This document shows, in pieces, positions 1 to 12,979 of a stretch of 64,000 nt of DNA. Under the pieces are notes generated by a model, which did not search any database, was not told where the DNA came from, and saw nothing but the letters and a program-made list of their open reading frames with translations. The stretch is from Octopus bimaculoides (lineage: Eukaryota), in assembly GCF_001194135.2 (NCBI RefSeq), contig NC_068986.1, positions 41,325,256-41,389,255 on the forward strand. Reading direction: 5' to 3'. Within the stretch, counting starts at the first letter, position 1; every line of letters starts with the position of its first letter. Position numbers and translations under genes: made by a program.

Positions 1-103
1 TCGTGTGTTGATAGTTCAAAACTAGAGTTCAAAGTTCACATTTCGAGTTATCATGTTGGATTGTTGGTTCTTAAAAGATTGTTGTTACATTATGTGTGGT
101 TAA
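1..103 (+). mobile_element. Partial upstream LTR of a Gypsy-like retroelement (window starts inside it)
   Basis: 1-103 is a diverged direct repeat of 1186-1287 (tcgtgtgttgatagttcaaa...ggattgttggttcttaaaa...gtggtta). Confidence 0.75.
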
Positions 104-179
104 TTTTTATATGCATGAAGAATATCAGACTATGGTAAATCTTAAACATGATGTGAAAAAAATACAAGATAAAGACTGT

Positions 180-997
180 GCGAAAATTTAAATGTGTCGT
201 CCCAGGAAGCACAATCAAAAACTTGAAAAGAGCGGCTCAAGCCCCACCAGTAAAATATCAATCATAGCCAGAGACAGAGAACTCATGGTCTAGGTTACAC
301 ATTCACTTTCCCAGACTGGTAAACAGTGCTTACTACCTTATCATAGTAGATAGCTGTACTAAGTGGCCAGAGGTTTGCAGGTGCTATAGACCAACCTCTA
401 AGACAACCATAAAGTTCTTATCTGGTGTCCCTGACACACTGGTTTCAGACAATGGAACGCAGAACACAGTTATCTGGGTATGAATTCAAGAACTTCTGTA
501 AAAGGCATGTGATAAAGCATATTTTCACTCCACCCTACCACCCAAGGTCAAACGGGTAGGTAGAAAGATTTGTGGACACTTTTAGGAGTCTTAAAAGCAA
601 GGAATGAAATTAAGTAACGACGAAGCACAGACAAATTTCTTAAGAATATACAGTCCCCCAATCCAAGTACAAATTCATGGAAGTTTCCTGCAGATTTGAT
701 AGGTGATAGAGTGCATTTCAAAACCTATTGAAATGGTAAAGAAGGCTGGGAAAATGGCCTTGTTACCAGAAAAATTGGATGTGTGATGTATCTGATTAAA
801 GGGTCACATGGTGAACATAAGATATATATAAACCAGCTAAGGAAGAGGCATACTCAAGATCAGGAAAAAATTCCCATGGAAGTATTCTGTGAAATATTTG
901 ATGTACCGGTACCAAAAGTAATTGTCCTGTAGAACCAGCATTAGAAAAAGAAAGCAGACCAAACACCTTGAGATAATGTCCAAGCGAAAGAGATAGT

Positions 998-1000
<3 letters not shown>
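180..1000 (+). pseudogene. Decayed Gypsy/Ty3 integrase
   Basis: Manual translation from 241: APPVKYQS*PETENSWSRLHIHF...YYLIIVDSCTKWPEV...GVPDTLVSDNGTQ; from 482: [34 protein letters not shown]. These are rve integrase motifs with stops and frameshifts. Confidence 0.9.
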
Positions 1001-1035
<35 letters not shown>

Positions 1036-1073
1036 CTTTATTCCTTTGGAACACAAAATCTCAAAAGGCAAGA

Positions 1074-1319
1074 TGTTATGCAAGAGTACAACATCCCCTG
1101 GCAGGAATGGACTGAACCGTTACATATAGATAGGAGCTGTCTGAGTGAGTGAGTGAGCGAGGTAAGTTTGTACTAGTCCCACAGTTCGTGTGTTGATAGT
1201 TCAAAGTTGGGGTCCAAAGTTCACAGTTTAAGTAAGTGTGTTGGATTGTTGGTTCTTAAAATATTCTTGTTATATTACATGTGGTTATTGCCATCTGTTT
1301 CGATTATATTGTTATAACA
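1074..1319 (+). mobile_element. 3' LTR of the Gypsy relic
   Basis: Begins TGTTAT (1074) just after a purine tract (aaaaggcaaga), ends ATAACA (1314-1319), and repeats window positions 1-103. Confidence 0.7.
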
Positions 1320-2084
1320 CTGTTGCAGTGTATTCATTTATCCATAAGGATATAACACCTTGTTAGTTCTTGTCATGTAGGCATTGGTACTAATTACATC
1401 TCTAGTCTTTATATGACCCTAGCCAAGTATATTTAATGTATATTATGGCTAGTAAATGACCGTTTTTGCCTCAACTTAAAATGAATTGGCCTAATTTTTT
1501 TATAACCAAGACTTTGTTGCATTAGTATACTTAATAGCATCATTTTACTGGTCATTGGAGAAAAATCAGAGCAGCAAACTCTCAGCAGTAAGTGCTAGAC
1601 TACAAAATTTCTGATATCATCAGAAGATCATCCTTGTTGCCAAGTAGAAATCTTTTCTGAAGATGATACCATTTATATATCTGTAAGTTACAAGTGCTGG
1701 ATTTGGTTCCACATTTATGAAAACCTATTAAACATGTTTGTCTGTCTTGCGAAAAATTTCCATTTGTTGAACTTTGACCAACTTGTGGTCTATTGCTGTG
1801 AAATACTGCTTAGTAATCTTATATGATGAGTATAGCTCAAACCTACATTTTAAATGGAGAATCTAGGAGCTGTCTTATATATCCAGTCACCTTATACACT
1901 GAAATTCAGTATATTGCATTTCAATTACATTTATTCTCTATCCACTTACACATAACCCCTGAAATATGATACATTTTGTATTGTACAAGCCCTGTATACA
2001 ATAAAGAAAGGATTATCCATATTTAGCAGAAGTGAGAGAGCATCACAAAAGAAATATCTTTTGGTTTTTGTTCTAGCTCTTTAC

Positions 2085-2430
2085 ATTCTGACTTCAAATC
2101 CTGCTGAGCCTTTAGTCTTTGCCTTTAGTCCTTCAGAATTCAATAAAATAAAGTATCAGTCAGTTTACTGGGATTGGTGTAATTGGTTATGCTCCTTCCT
2201 TCAATTTCTGGCCTTGTGCCCTTGTTAGAAATAATTATTGTTCTTATTATCCAGGATGGGGGTAGGGTGGCAAGTAATATCACTGCATTTTGCTTGATGC
2301 TCGCTGTTCAAATTTCACTGATATCAACTTCACTTTCCTGCCTCTGGGCTCAATGAAATGAAGTTCCATTCAAGTACTGGGATGATTTAATCAACTAACC
2401 CCATCTCTGCTTCTACTAATGACCTTGTGC
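2085..2430 (+). mobile_element. Two decayed SINE-like fragments (family A; further relics near 23400-23530, 34150-34310, 57590-57720)
   Basis: Shared core ttctgacttcaaatcctgc...ctttgcctttt...aataaaataaagta...ggg recurs at the listed sites. Family identity is from recall. Confidence 0.5.
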
Positions 2431-2919
2431 TTATATTATTATTATTATTGCTTTTTTTTAATTGCATATTTCTTTCTGGGTTGTAGTCATTTAACTTCAC
2501 TTAAAAGTTATGGTGGAGAAAATATAAATCTATTTTTTTACTCTTGTTCTATAAATCTGAATAGACTATTGTGACCAGGATTAATCAATATTTGTCGTGT
2601 ATTCTTCTACTTTACGATAATATTTAAAGTGGTTGTCAATGGGTTCAAAGACCTCATTGAGAACCAGTTGTTTTGAGATACAATGACACTTGTTGGAGTT
2701 GTGAGACAAGCTGTCACATGTCGATTATGAGACATGACTTCTTGAACTTAAAAAATTGAATTATGTGCCCTCAATATTAAAGACATATAATTGAGAAATT
2801 TCACTGATATCAAGCCAGTCAAGAGAATCTTGCTCATTGGTAATAGTTGAATAGCTTGTAGACAACATACTCTTTGGAGTTGTGCATAGCCTTTTCAGGT
2901 TCTCATAGATTGGAAAGGC

Positions 2920-3250
2920 TAATCAGGTTAAGATAATGCCTTTAATGTTTATTTTGAAATGTTGCAGATGATGGTTGAGAGGGGTTTTCTTTTTTAAGAA
3001 GGGGTGTGTATACTGGAAAGAGTTTGTGAACAACGCTAGTGAGACATTCATAGGTGAGACAGTAAAAGGTGTGATTAAAGGAAGTGAGGCAAATGAATCA
3101 TTTACATCTCGATGAAGCAGTAAGCAATCAGCAATTTCAAAGAATATTGTAGCAGTATATGGGTACAGTTTGATATTAGTTTTAAAATTATAGACTTTGG
3201 GAGAGTGAGGTATCAAGTAAAAGCTGGATGTATAAAAAGGTGCATCAGAC
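2920..3250 (-). mobile_element. Possible LINE (CR1/Jockey group) 3' relic
   Basis: Minus-strand ORF contains PFTVSP...LFTNSFQYTHPF, resembling the C-terminal 'HPFTV...SFF.RT' region of such RTs. Weak match. Confidence 0.3.
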
Positions 3251-4164
3251 TAAATACATGAGCAATTATCATATTAGATATATTTGTACTTTGCGAAAAT
3301 TTTTATGTATCAAATAAAGCAGTTTATTATCAAAAGAAAAGCAACATTGATTTAATTCAACAATGAATGTAGACTACCCTACAGTTAATAGATATGTTGA
3401 CTGTATTAATGTTTATTATAGTTCTCAAATCAATTAGTGACATTCCTCTCCTTTTGCATGTATGTGTGTGTGTGAATGAATTCAGTGATTTTGTGTGTAA
3501 AATCATTATGTAAATTGTTCAACACTCAAGTAGCAGTCACAAAGTGAAGAGGAACTGGGCATTTTGTCTTTTCCTTTTCTATTAAAGTTTTCAACATTAT
3601 CTTACCACTACCTTCTGACTTTATGCTACTGTTATAGCACTACCACATCTATGTTCATCTGTTCCTAAACCATCTTCATCACAACCATCACTACCACTCT
3701 CTTTTTCTCTACTTTACACTACCATCCTCTCTTTACACTTCTATCGTTTCTTTTCTTCATAACTTCACCTCTCCCATCAACATTATTACCTAAGGCATTA
3801 GTAAAGGAGCCTGATAGAAGTCAAATCTCCATCTAATCACATCCCATTATCATAAAAATAATATTAGTGTAGTTCTACATACTCAATAAATGAGATGGTC
3901 ACAGCTAGAATGCCTGTGATTACAGGTCTACCATCTGGTTTGATTTGGAGCTAAACAACAGTACCATCTCTACTACCTCCACAACAGTTTACACTGTTAT
4001 TTGCTTTTGCTGCTATCACCATCACTAACTATATTTCTACTTCTACCATCAGCTTTACAGTATTTTTCAAGTGGTCTCTCTATTGTCAAGTCTAATGAAC
4101 AATTAATTTGTCTTACTGATTTAAGACATATAATTTCAAATAGCAGTACTTCAACTGGACAATT

Positions 4165-4212
4165 CTCTCTCTCTCTCCCTCTCTCTTTCTTTCTCTCTCT
4201 CCCTCCCTCTCC

Positions 4213-4309
<97 letters not shown>

Positions 4310-4332
4310 CCTCTCTCTCTCTCTCTCTCTCT
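4165..4332. repeat. (CT)n microsatellite
   Basis: Directly visible; produces the spurious SL-repeat ORF 4001-4339. Confidence 0.95.
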
Positions 4333-5761
4333 TAATTAAAAAAAAATTCTTTACAGCAGGTGATAGACATTTGCTGAATTGTCTTGAAAGTATAGTGTGT
4401 ATAGTTTACTGCACTATATATTTCTTAGGTCTGTCTGAGTCAATTTTAATCCAATTAAAGCGAACTGATGACATTTTCCATATCTTCAATGAAACATCTT
4501 TGGATTTATTGGAAACAAGAATACATTAACACATTCTGGTGGTTTCCTGCTGATTTCTCAAGAATTTGAATTGATCATTAATTAAAGTAGTCTCTGCTTA
4601 CTTATCATGGTTTACTGTAACCATATCACGGTATCTATGTTCAATTAGCTGCACCTGGTCAGTCATAGTTAAGTGTTTTAAACATGGTGAAAGTACTGTA
4701 CATGTGACAGGATACAAATAGTTGACCTTTTACCTGATAGCCTGCTACTCTGTTGTCTTTGCTTGCTGCCACATTTGCTAAGTTACCTAGATAGACTTAT
4801 AATTTTTGTTACCATACATGCATGCACGCACACGTACTGCTTTTTTTTTTTTTTTTTTTGATAAATTTCAAAATATACTTTGAATGTGTTGAAAAACCTT
4901 ATAAACACCTCAGATAATTTAAGTGGCAGGAGGGTTTTTAAGCAAAAAATAAAATGAAAATAGCAAAAGAAAAAAAGTTTGTAGTTATTCCTGGCAAAGG
5001 AAGTTATGTTTAGTTTCCCACTCATCAGTAGGTTAGCTATATCAAACTTATCTGTTTGTTGTACCACTACTCCAGTGCTAGCCAAAGCACATTTGGCTGC
5101 AAGGATTTAAGATAAGAGATTCTCTGTTTGTACTCTCTGCTATCACAGACATTTACTTGCTTAAGGTCAAGTAATAAAGCAGTAAAGGAAATTGTGTGTC
5201 TGTGTGAGAAAGAGAGGGAGAATCAACCACTATTATTTCTTATGGTAAGATATCACGGGTTTTATGATAAATAAATTTGAAAATTGCTTTCATTTTAATT
5301 ATATCTTTATTTTAGCCAAACTAAATTATAGTGCTGTTGCCAAATATTTTTATTTGTACAGTTGTAAATTATTTGATTTATTTAGTATCTTATATTGTAG
5401 GTTGATATTTTTCCAGAAAGCTATTATTGTTGCATTAAATTAATTGTTTTACACTTAAAACCAATATGGTTGGGGAAGTGTTGGATGGAAAAATACATAA
5501 ATATTGATCTGAAACTATTAATTCTTTCACTGTAACTATTACAGAAGCCATATTATCAAGCTGGGTGTTATTAGTCTCATAGAACTTAACTGTTTACACT
5601 TAAAACACAAAACATTATAAAAGTAATGAAACTTTCTCGGAAGTTCTAATTTATTCAAAACTTATATTATTCTTATTTAGGAATGATTTAGAACAAAATT
5701 TTGACTGTACATGTGTATGTATGTATAAATGTACGTGTACAAATATGTTTTTATATATCTA

Positions 5762-5765
<4 letters not shown>

Positions 5766-5812
<47 letters not shown>

Positions 5813-5904
5813 NNNNNNNNNNNNNNNNNNNNNNNNNNNNNNNNNNNNNNNNNNNNNNNNNNNNNNNNNNNNNNNNNNNNNNNNNNNNNNNNNNNNNNNN
5901 NNNN

Positions 5905-5954
<50 letters not shown>

Positions 5955-5970
5955 CACACACACACACATA
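5766..5970. repeat. (CT)n and (TA)n/(CA)n microsatellites flanking assembly gap 5813-5904
   Basis: Directly visible. Confidence 0.95.
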
Positions 5971-6252
5971 TTTCTATTTATTGTTACTGGAAGATATAGT
6001 ATAGTTGAGTTAATCCCAGTATTCACCACCACCACCCAAAAAAATGTAAAAAAAGAAAATGGCGGAACATTTTACATATTGGATGGGATTAATAGCTTTT
6101 TTTTCTAGATTTTGCCCTATGGACAATTTGAGCTCACCATTGTATGCTGACATGGCTCTCCTCAGTTACACCCTGCACAAGAATATACAATGGTGAACTT
6201 TACCTACCTATGGTACTTATTTATAGCAATGTTGATTGGACCATTGTGATGA

Positions 6253-6254
<2 letters not shown>

Positions 6255-6305
<51 letters not shown>
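6255..6305. repeat. (ATT)n microsatellite
   Basis: Directly visible. Confidence 0.95.
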
Positions 6306-6306
<1 letters not shown>

Positions 6307-6517
6307 AGCAGAAATCAATGCTTGTGGTAAGATATTAATAGCGCACACTTGACTGTTAAGTTCAATGCAGTGTTGACGTAGGTTGCTGCAGTTCTTTATC
6401 TGAAAGTAGCTAATGGAAGTAGAAAAAAATGTTGTTTGGCTGTTCTCTAAATCTATTTGAAACAGCAAAAGTTATTCTAAAATGATATAAGAGAGAATAT
6501 TATATAAAATGTGTGTT

Positions 6518-6556
<39 letters not shown>

Positions 6557-7588
6557 TGGGGAGATTTTCAGATGACAAAAATTATTATTTTCATTCGTTT
6601 AGTGCAGAACAATGCAAGCTCATCATTGTCAAAATATGTTTCCATCATTTGAAAATATTAGTAATTTGAGGAAATAAAAATGGAATCTTCATGATTGCAG
6701 GCATATATTTGTGAAGTTTTCTGTTAATTATTTTTAAGAATTTAATTGAATTTTCCTTTTTTCTGCAGATTGGAAGTGGGGGTGAGTGGAATAGATGATG
6801 GTGATGGAAGGTTGTTTATTGGTATGAAATGCAATTAGCTCTTACATGACTATTTTCAACACCTTCCTCTGGCTATGAGGTGGTGGTAATGGCAGTGAGA
6901 AGGCTGAAATGCTCACTGATTCATTTTTCCCATTCCTCTCAATTCATGGTTCAGATTGTGCATGCATGTGTGTGTATTCTGCATATATGTTCTGTTTTAT
7001 TTAGCTATTCTAATTATTCGTGCATAACTCAATTTATACATATACACTCATTCAACATAGTATTTTTTTTTAATTATAATTTTTATTTTACCATAATTTT
7101 TCCTTGATTAATTTTTATTGTATGTAATTTTTTTTCAAGTATTGTGTGAAGTGGGAATGAGGTGAACTTGTTTATTAGAACATCTGCCTGTCTGATCAAC
7201 ATTTGCAATGTTACAGTTTCAATTGCTGCTATATTTGTCCTTCACATTCCACCATCTTCAAACCAAAGAAAGATTTGGCTGTGTACTGACTGACTTCAGA
7301 ATATGAAACCTGTCTAACATAATTTGCTTAATTATTTCTGCAATCCTGCTTTAAGGATGAAAATGCTAGAAGAGAAATGGTATGGTATTGTTATAGCTAT
7401 TTTGTTTCTTTAAAGAAACTCTTTTATATCCAAGAACTATAACTATTCTTACATAAGGATTGTTTGGCTTTATTTATTTACTTACTCCCTTAATTTAAAC
7501 AATATTGTTATGCTTATATTAATTTTGTTTTCGCTTTCTATCTCTTTCTTATTTCACAATTTTAACTTTATTTTCTCTTTCTTTCTAG

Positions 7589-8751
7589 ATTCCGATTCTG
7601 ATGAAGTGGTAATTATTGGCTCAGAAGGCTTAGATGATACAAATGACGGAGATGTTATCTTTGTATCACAGTACAAATCTTCTTCAGAACCCATTACCAT
7701 AGATTGTACAACATCTAAAGAAGCAGAAAATGACAGTGCCAAAGTTGTTCATTTAAATGAAGAACAGCACTGTGAAATGGATGAAGATGATGTACAAGAT
7801 ATAAGTACTATTTCCTCAATTAAACTTGCAGACTTCTGTCAGCGTTCCAGTCAAATCTACAATGACGATAATGATCCCACAGATCAGCTTGTTATAAAGC
7901 CCCGTGACTCACTTGGATCTTTAAGCATTGGTAATAACTTTGGTCTTTCTCTCTCGGTGGAAGAACACAATAAAACTCAGTCAAAGCCAGTAATGGTTGT
8001 TGATGTTTCCCCAAGAATTGAGACTCCAATGGAAAATGATGGTGAGCCTTGTACTCATGAACTGAGTGTTTGTGATAAATGCATACCAGACAAAGAGGAA
8101 AATTCTGAATCTCGTATGGATTTTAGGACTAATTTTGACAACACTGAGAATAAAGTGATCATGAAAAAAGAAGAGAATGTCTTGCCCCAAAACTCAGGAA
8201 TTTGTAAATGGAATGTTGATGAGCCTGTTACGGATAATTGTTCTGGTCAAAAAGCCAGTGGTTTACAACTTCAAGAAGAAGAAGATAATGACACAAGTGT
8301 TACAATTACTCCTTGTAGCCAGACAGCTAATATGTTGTCATCAAAATATGATCCCTGCTGTTCAGATTCTTCATCAAATCCAAATCTTATTTATCATTGT
8401 ATTAAAGAAAAGAATGGCATCAGTGAACACCCTGTGGCTATGTGTCAAAAGCTGAAAACAAAATTCTGCCACTCTTCTGATCCTTCATCGCCAAACAATT
8501 CTCCGGATGTTACATCGGTAATTGATCATGGCTCCCCTCGAAAGAAGCACATGTTAACTTCACGAACATGGATTCCAGCCTCTGTAATGGCAGAAGAGGA
8601 TAATCAAAGAGCAGTAAAGAAAGGTGCTTGTGTAGCTTGCAAAGCACTTGTAAAAGAAGATGAAGGTTCATCTTGTGTTGATCACCATCTTACTTGTAGG
8701 GGATGTTTGGAGGACAAAGTAAAAGCAGTTCTAAGTCGAAGATGTTTAGAG
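7589..8751 (+). CDS. RING-PARP gene, coding exon A (acidic SIM-like region, linker, first 6 ligands of the RING)
   Basis: Acceptor ttttctctttctttctag|at at 7588/7589 and donor gag|gtaagt at 8751/8752, inside the 417-aa ORF. Ends CVAC-x11-CVDHHLTCRGC. Starts in phase 1, so an upstream exon is implied but not identified. Confidence 0.85.
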
Positions 8752-8931
8752 GTAAGTTATTAGTTGCATGTAGTTATTTACTGCTCAGTTTTAAAATGTA
8801 TAATGTGACTACAATAACATTTCTAGATAAAACCATATCATTAATAAGATTACATTCAGTTTCTAAACAGCTTCCTTTTTGTTCTATTTCAATAAATTTT
8901 GAGCCACAGTAATTTGCTGATTATTTTTCAG

Positions 8932-8974
8932 TTGAAGTGTGACTGCTATTTCTTCTTGAAATACATGTCTCCTT
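8932..8974 (+). CDS. Candidate alternative (mutually exclusive or poison) exon, LKCDCYFFLKYMSP
   Basis: Acceptor gctgattatttttcag|ttg and donor cctt|gtaagt; 43 nt, phase 0 to 1, the same as exon 33699-33747. Confidence 0.35.
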
Positions 8975-10413
8975 GTAAGTGGCCTCTACTCTTTGGAGCT
9001 GGCTAGTTTCATGCCACATATGCCCAAAATCTCCAACCTCACTCACCTCTCCTCCTCTTATCACTCATTTTGTGTCCACTTGTCTCACTAGGTCCTCCAC
9101 TTACTGGTTTCCTCAGAACATCAGGTATCTGGACTTTCCTGCAACTGTTAATTTACAATTGTTTCGTTGCTGTTGTTCAGCTTATCTTAGACGGCCTGCA
9201 AAAACCAGACCAAGTCATTAAAAACAGTATTGTATGTCAATGAAATTGTTACTAGGCTAACAAATAGCTGAATTTAATGTTAATTAGATATGATGACGAC
9301 TGTTACTGAGGTACGGCTGAAAGTGTCAGACTAATTACTCAGAAAAACTGAGTGTTTAAATATCTAAAAACAATGGAGATGAGTTTGACAGGATCAGCTG
9401 ATTGGACATATAGACAATGAAATTTGGCGTGGATTTAGTCTTTAAAACCAAATGGTGATTACTCTATCTTGAGAATAACCACTATTTAATGAGTATAAGC
9501 AGTATACAATTTTAGTTTAATTATCAAAAGCAAGTGAATTTGAGTGATATTTGCAGTAGAATAAACACATAACACATGAAATATATACATGACACCTTTC
9601 CTAAATAGCCATTGCACTTCAGTATATGAATTACATATATCAAGATACACCTAAAAATATTGCTACTGGTCCCTCACCAAGCCACTTCCCAACTCACAAC
9701 CTTTGGTGTAATGCCAAATCTCATCCCAAAATTTCCTTTCAACTAACTTCCTGAAACCATTAATATAGATGCCACATGTTTCTGTGTTAACTTCTAAAAC
9801 ATGGTATGATGCCAGATCTAAAAATGTACTTCCTCACAAACACTTCTGTTAGTGTTTAATATGGACACTGCCATCTTTACTTTTGGGATTTGGACAGCAT
9901 GGCCACAAAAAAAAGAAAAAATACTAAGTTGGAAACCATATTGCTTTGCTAGAAAACTTTCATTCTGCAACAAACCAAGTTCTTGATTGACAATGTTAAA
10001 GAATGCTTTTTTTTTTATATATATATTACAATTAATCTAATTTGAGAGAATATTTTAAAAATCTGTTTTATGTTTGAAGTGGTTATATTTATAATTCATG
10101 AAAAGATATGTCCAGGAAGTAAACTATTGTTAATTAAAAGTACATGTGTACTTGTACATACAATATATTTACTCATGCAAAGTATACATGCTTTTAGTTT
10201 TCATAAACATCTCTTTGCTAAATCTTGCAAAACACATTGCATGTTACTGTAGATAATTAATATTTCATAATTAATTCAACGACTTTTTTTTTTGCAATAT
10301 TTTCTCTGGAATTTTCTTTTATAAACTAAAATAAATGGTATTAATACTGTTTTATAGTCACTTTGGTCTATATGATGCTTTTAATCTTAGTCTTGAAACA
10401 ATTTAATCACAAT

Positions 10414-10563
10414 TGTTGTGTGTGTATGTGTGTGTTAACAGACTGGTAGGGTCAGAATATTAACTTGCTTTTGAAGGGCAGAAACAGACATACATAGATA
10501 GAATAAAATTACTTGGAAATTAGTTCAGCAAACAAGATGAAGATAGTCAGAGACTATCCTCAA
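10414..10563. repeat. Local duplication, copy 1 (partner 11162-11324)
   Basis: Shared gtgtgttaacagactggtag...ttggaaatta.ttcagcaaa.aagatgaagatagtcagagactatcctcaa. Confidence 0.85.
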
Positions 10564-11161
10564 ACTTTTTACATAGAATATTCTATGTTTTATATATTTA
10601 CATTAAAGAAATAGAATTTGACTTTACTTTGTGTGTGTCCAATATTATTGTGGACTACTTCTTAGATGTAAAGAGATTTAAGTTTCCTCTTCACACTTTA
10701 ATGCAAGCCTTTATGATATTTCTTTATTTTTACTATTTGCTTTTTGATTTTTTTTTTTTTTGTAATGTATTTTCTTCCATTTTAACTGTTAAAATGTGGT
10801 AAAAACATTTTGACTTGAACAGATGTCTCCATGATTGTAATTTGCCTCTGTATTTCATAAGTGTTAGTCTAGATCAATTCTTTGTGTCCATTTAAAAAAG
10901 AGGACAATCAGAATTCTAAAAATGTTCCATTAATGTATTTGGAGTTTTTGTTATGAAAATGCCAATTGTTTGTAATACCAACTTGGATTGCAATCTCATA
11001 AAGAAATAAAGGAAAACATTCTATAGCTGCTGTCGCTATTGCTAGGGAAGAAAAGAGACTTTTTTTCCAGGTAGTATATTCTTGTATTTGTTCCTTAGTG
11101 AAGTCATTTAATTTACTTTGTCATGAATTTCTGTGATAGGGACTACAACAATGTACATGTA

Positions 11162-11324
11162 TGTTGCTGTGTGTGTATGCGTGTGTGTTAACAGACTGGT
11201 AGGATCAGAATATTGACTAGTTATTGAAGGACAGAAATATAGACATACATATCAAGGATTAAATGGGTATTGTTTGGAAATTAATTCAGCAAATAAGATG
11301 AAGATAGTCAGAGACTATCCTCAA
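11162..11324. repeat. Local duplication, copy 2
   Basis: Matches 10414-10563; the last 30 nt are identical. Confidence 0.85.
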
Positions 11325-12816
11325 TTGTCAATTTTACAGCCAGTTACTTACTATCAAAGTTGGTATGAGTTATACCAACTATTACAAACTACAGGAAAAT
11401 TCCAATCGCATTACTTCGAAATAAATATAGTAAGTGTAAATGGAGAGAAAAACCTTTGGATTATGAAAAATTCTTTAGTTCAATACTTGAATTTCTGAAA
11501 GTAACTGATATGAGACATAGCAATCTATCCAACTAGAGTTGTTTTTATTTTTTTATTTATTTATTATTTTTTTGAGAGACTTTATCAGATATGCATTTAA
11601 GCAATATCAATGAATACAATCTAAAATAATATGCATTTCTATTTATTGAGACAATCTGTTTTTACTGATTGTTAATTCCAATCTAAACAGGAAGAAAAAC
11701 CTATTTAACATTAGTTAAATTAGCTTTGGCTAATTTATCTAGAAAACAATTTTAGAAATTTGATTACCTAATCATTTTTTAAAATTATTTTATTCTCCCC
11801 CCACACACACATACACACACGCACACACGCATGTGTGAGTATGTGTGCATGTTGAAAAAATGCATAATCATACTAGTCTTCTTATTCCAAGGAATTAGAT
11901 TTATGTATTGAATGAGATTGCAAAAAGCACAATAGTATCAGCAAAAATTTCCACTATGTTTGATATTAAAGGATCTTTATCTTGAGTTTGTTGTAACATT
12001 AGTGTGGTTGAATAGGTAGGTTCATTGAGTTATAATCCATGGGGTCAAAATCGGCTACAGTGATCTATTATTTTTTTGTACGTGTGAATAATTGATGAGT
12101 TGCTAAGATCATTATCTTGCTATTAAAACAAACATCTCCTTTCATATGCCAGTAAGAAAACAGATTCAATATAGATATATGGAGTATTTATTTGGGGTTT
12201 CAACTCTGGAATGGAATAATGATTTAATTCTATTCCCCTGAACTGCCTTAAACTCTACTCTAGATAATCCTATACAAGTGTTGGGGTGTATGTTATGCCA
12301 CATTGGTGTAAGGAAACACAGATCATGCTCCTATACATGTAAGACATCCAGTTGTGAAACTACCTTAAAGAAAATCCAATGGAATTCTACAGAAAATCTT
12401 AGTTGGTTTGTAAGTCAATGCCAATCCAGATTCTTTCCAAACTATTATTATTTAGGTGGATTTATATACGACCAAAAAAATCATGAGATTGTTTAAGATT
12501 TCATGAATATTTTTTTATCTATATTCACAAGGATTCTCCCTATATAATTTGTAAGTCATTGATTTGGTCACTCGCGATACAAATGTAATCTACTGAATAA
12601 ATGTATATATAAATATATAAACAAGATTAAAAGTTGTACATTTATTTGTATGCAACAACTCCGGATTAGAAATTGAAAAATTATAATCTAGTTGAGAGAA
12701 TTAAATCATAATGGAATCTCGTTGACTGACATGCTATTTAATACTGTTTTCATAAAGAATCTAAACCATTATTTATTTATAATTCTTAGATAAATAAATT
12801 TTTACACTTGTGTGCT

Positions 12817-12849
<33 letters not shown>

Positions 12850-12853
<4 letters not shown>

Positions 12854-12979
12854 CTTGCATTTAAATGGAGGCGTGTATGCTCACGCGCACACATTATATA
12901 TATATATATATATATATAATGTGTGTGCGTGAGCATGTGTGCGCGTGAGCATACACGCCTCCATTTAAATGTAAGTCAT
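12850..12979. repeat. 45-bp near-perfect inverted repeat with (TA)n-containing spacer
   Basis: 12850-12894 is the reverse complement of 12935-12979 with one mismatch. Confidence 0.9.

Noticed and set aside
4001-6338. ORFs of SL, YI, RE, poly-Y or poly-N type (also 18484-18963, 29918-30268, 33750-33932, 46969-47952, 55016-55273, 59564-59984)
   Set aside because: These are translations of microsatellites, homopolymers or N gaps.
6769-6781. 13-nt micro-exon candidate ctgcag|attggaagtgggg|gtgagt ending in phase 1 before exon A
   Set aside because: Splice sites and phase fit, but it has no start codon or other support, so it is left unresolved.
7510-7588. Hydrophobic 'signal peptide' at the start of the 417-aa ORF (likewise 41314-41350)
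   Set aside because: It is the translated polypyrimidine tract of the splice acceptor.
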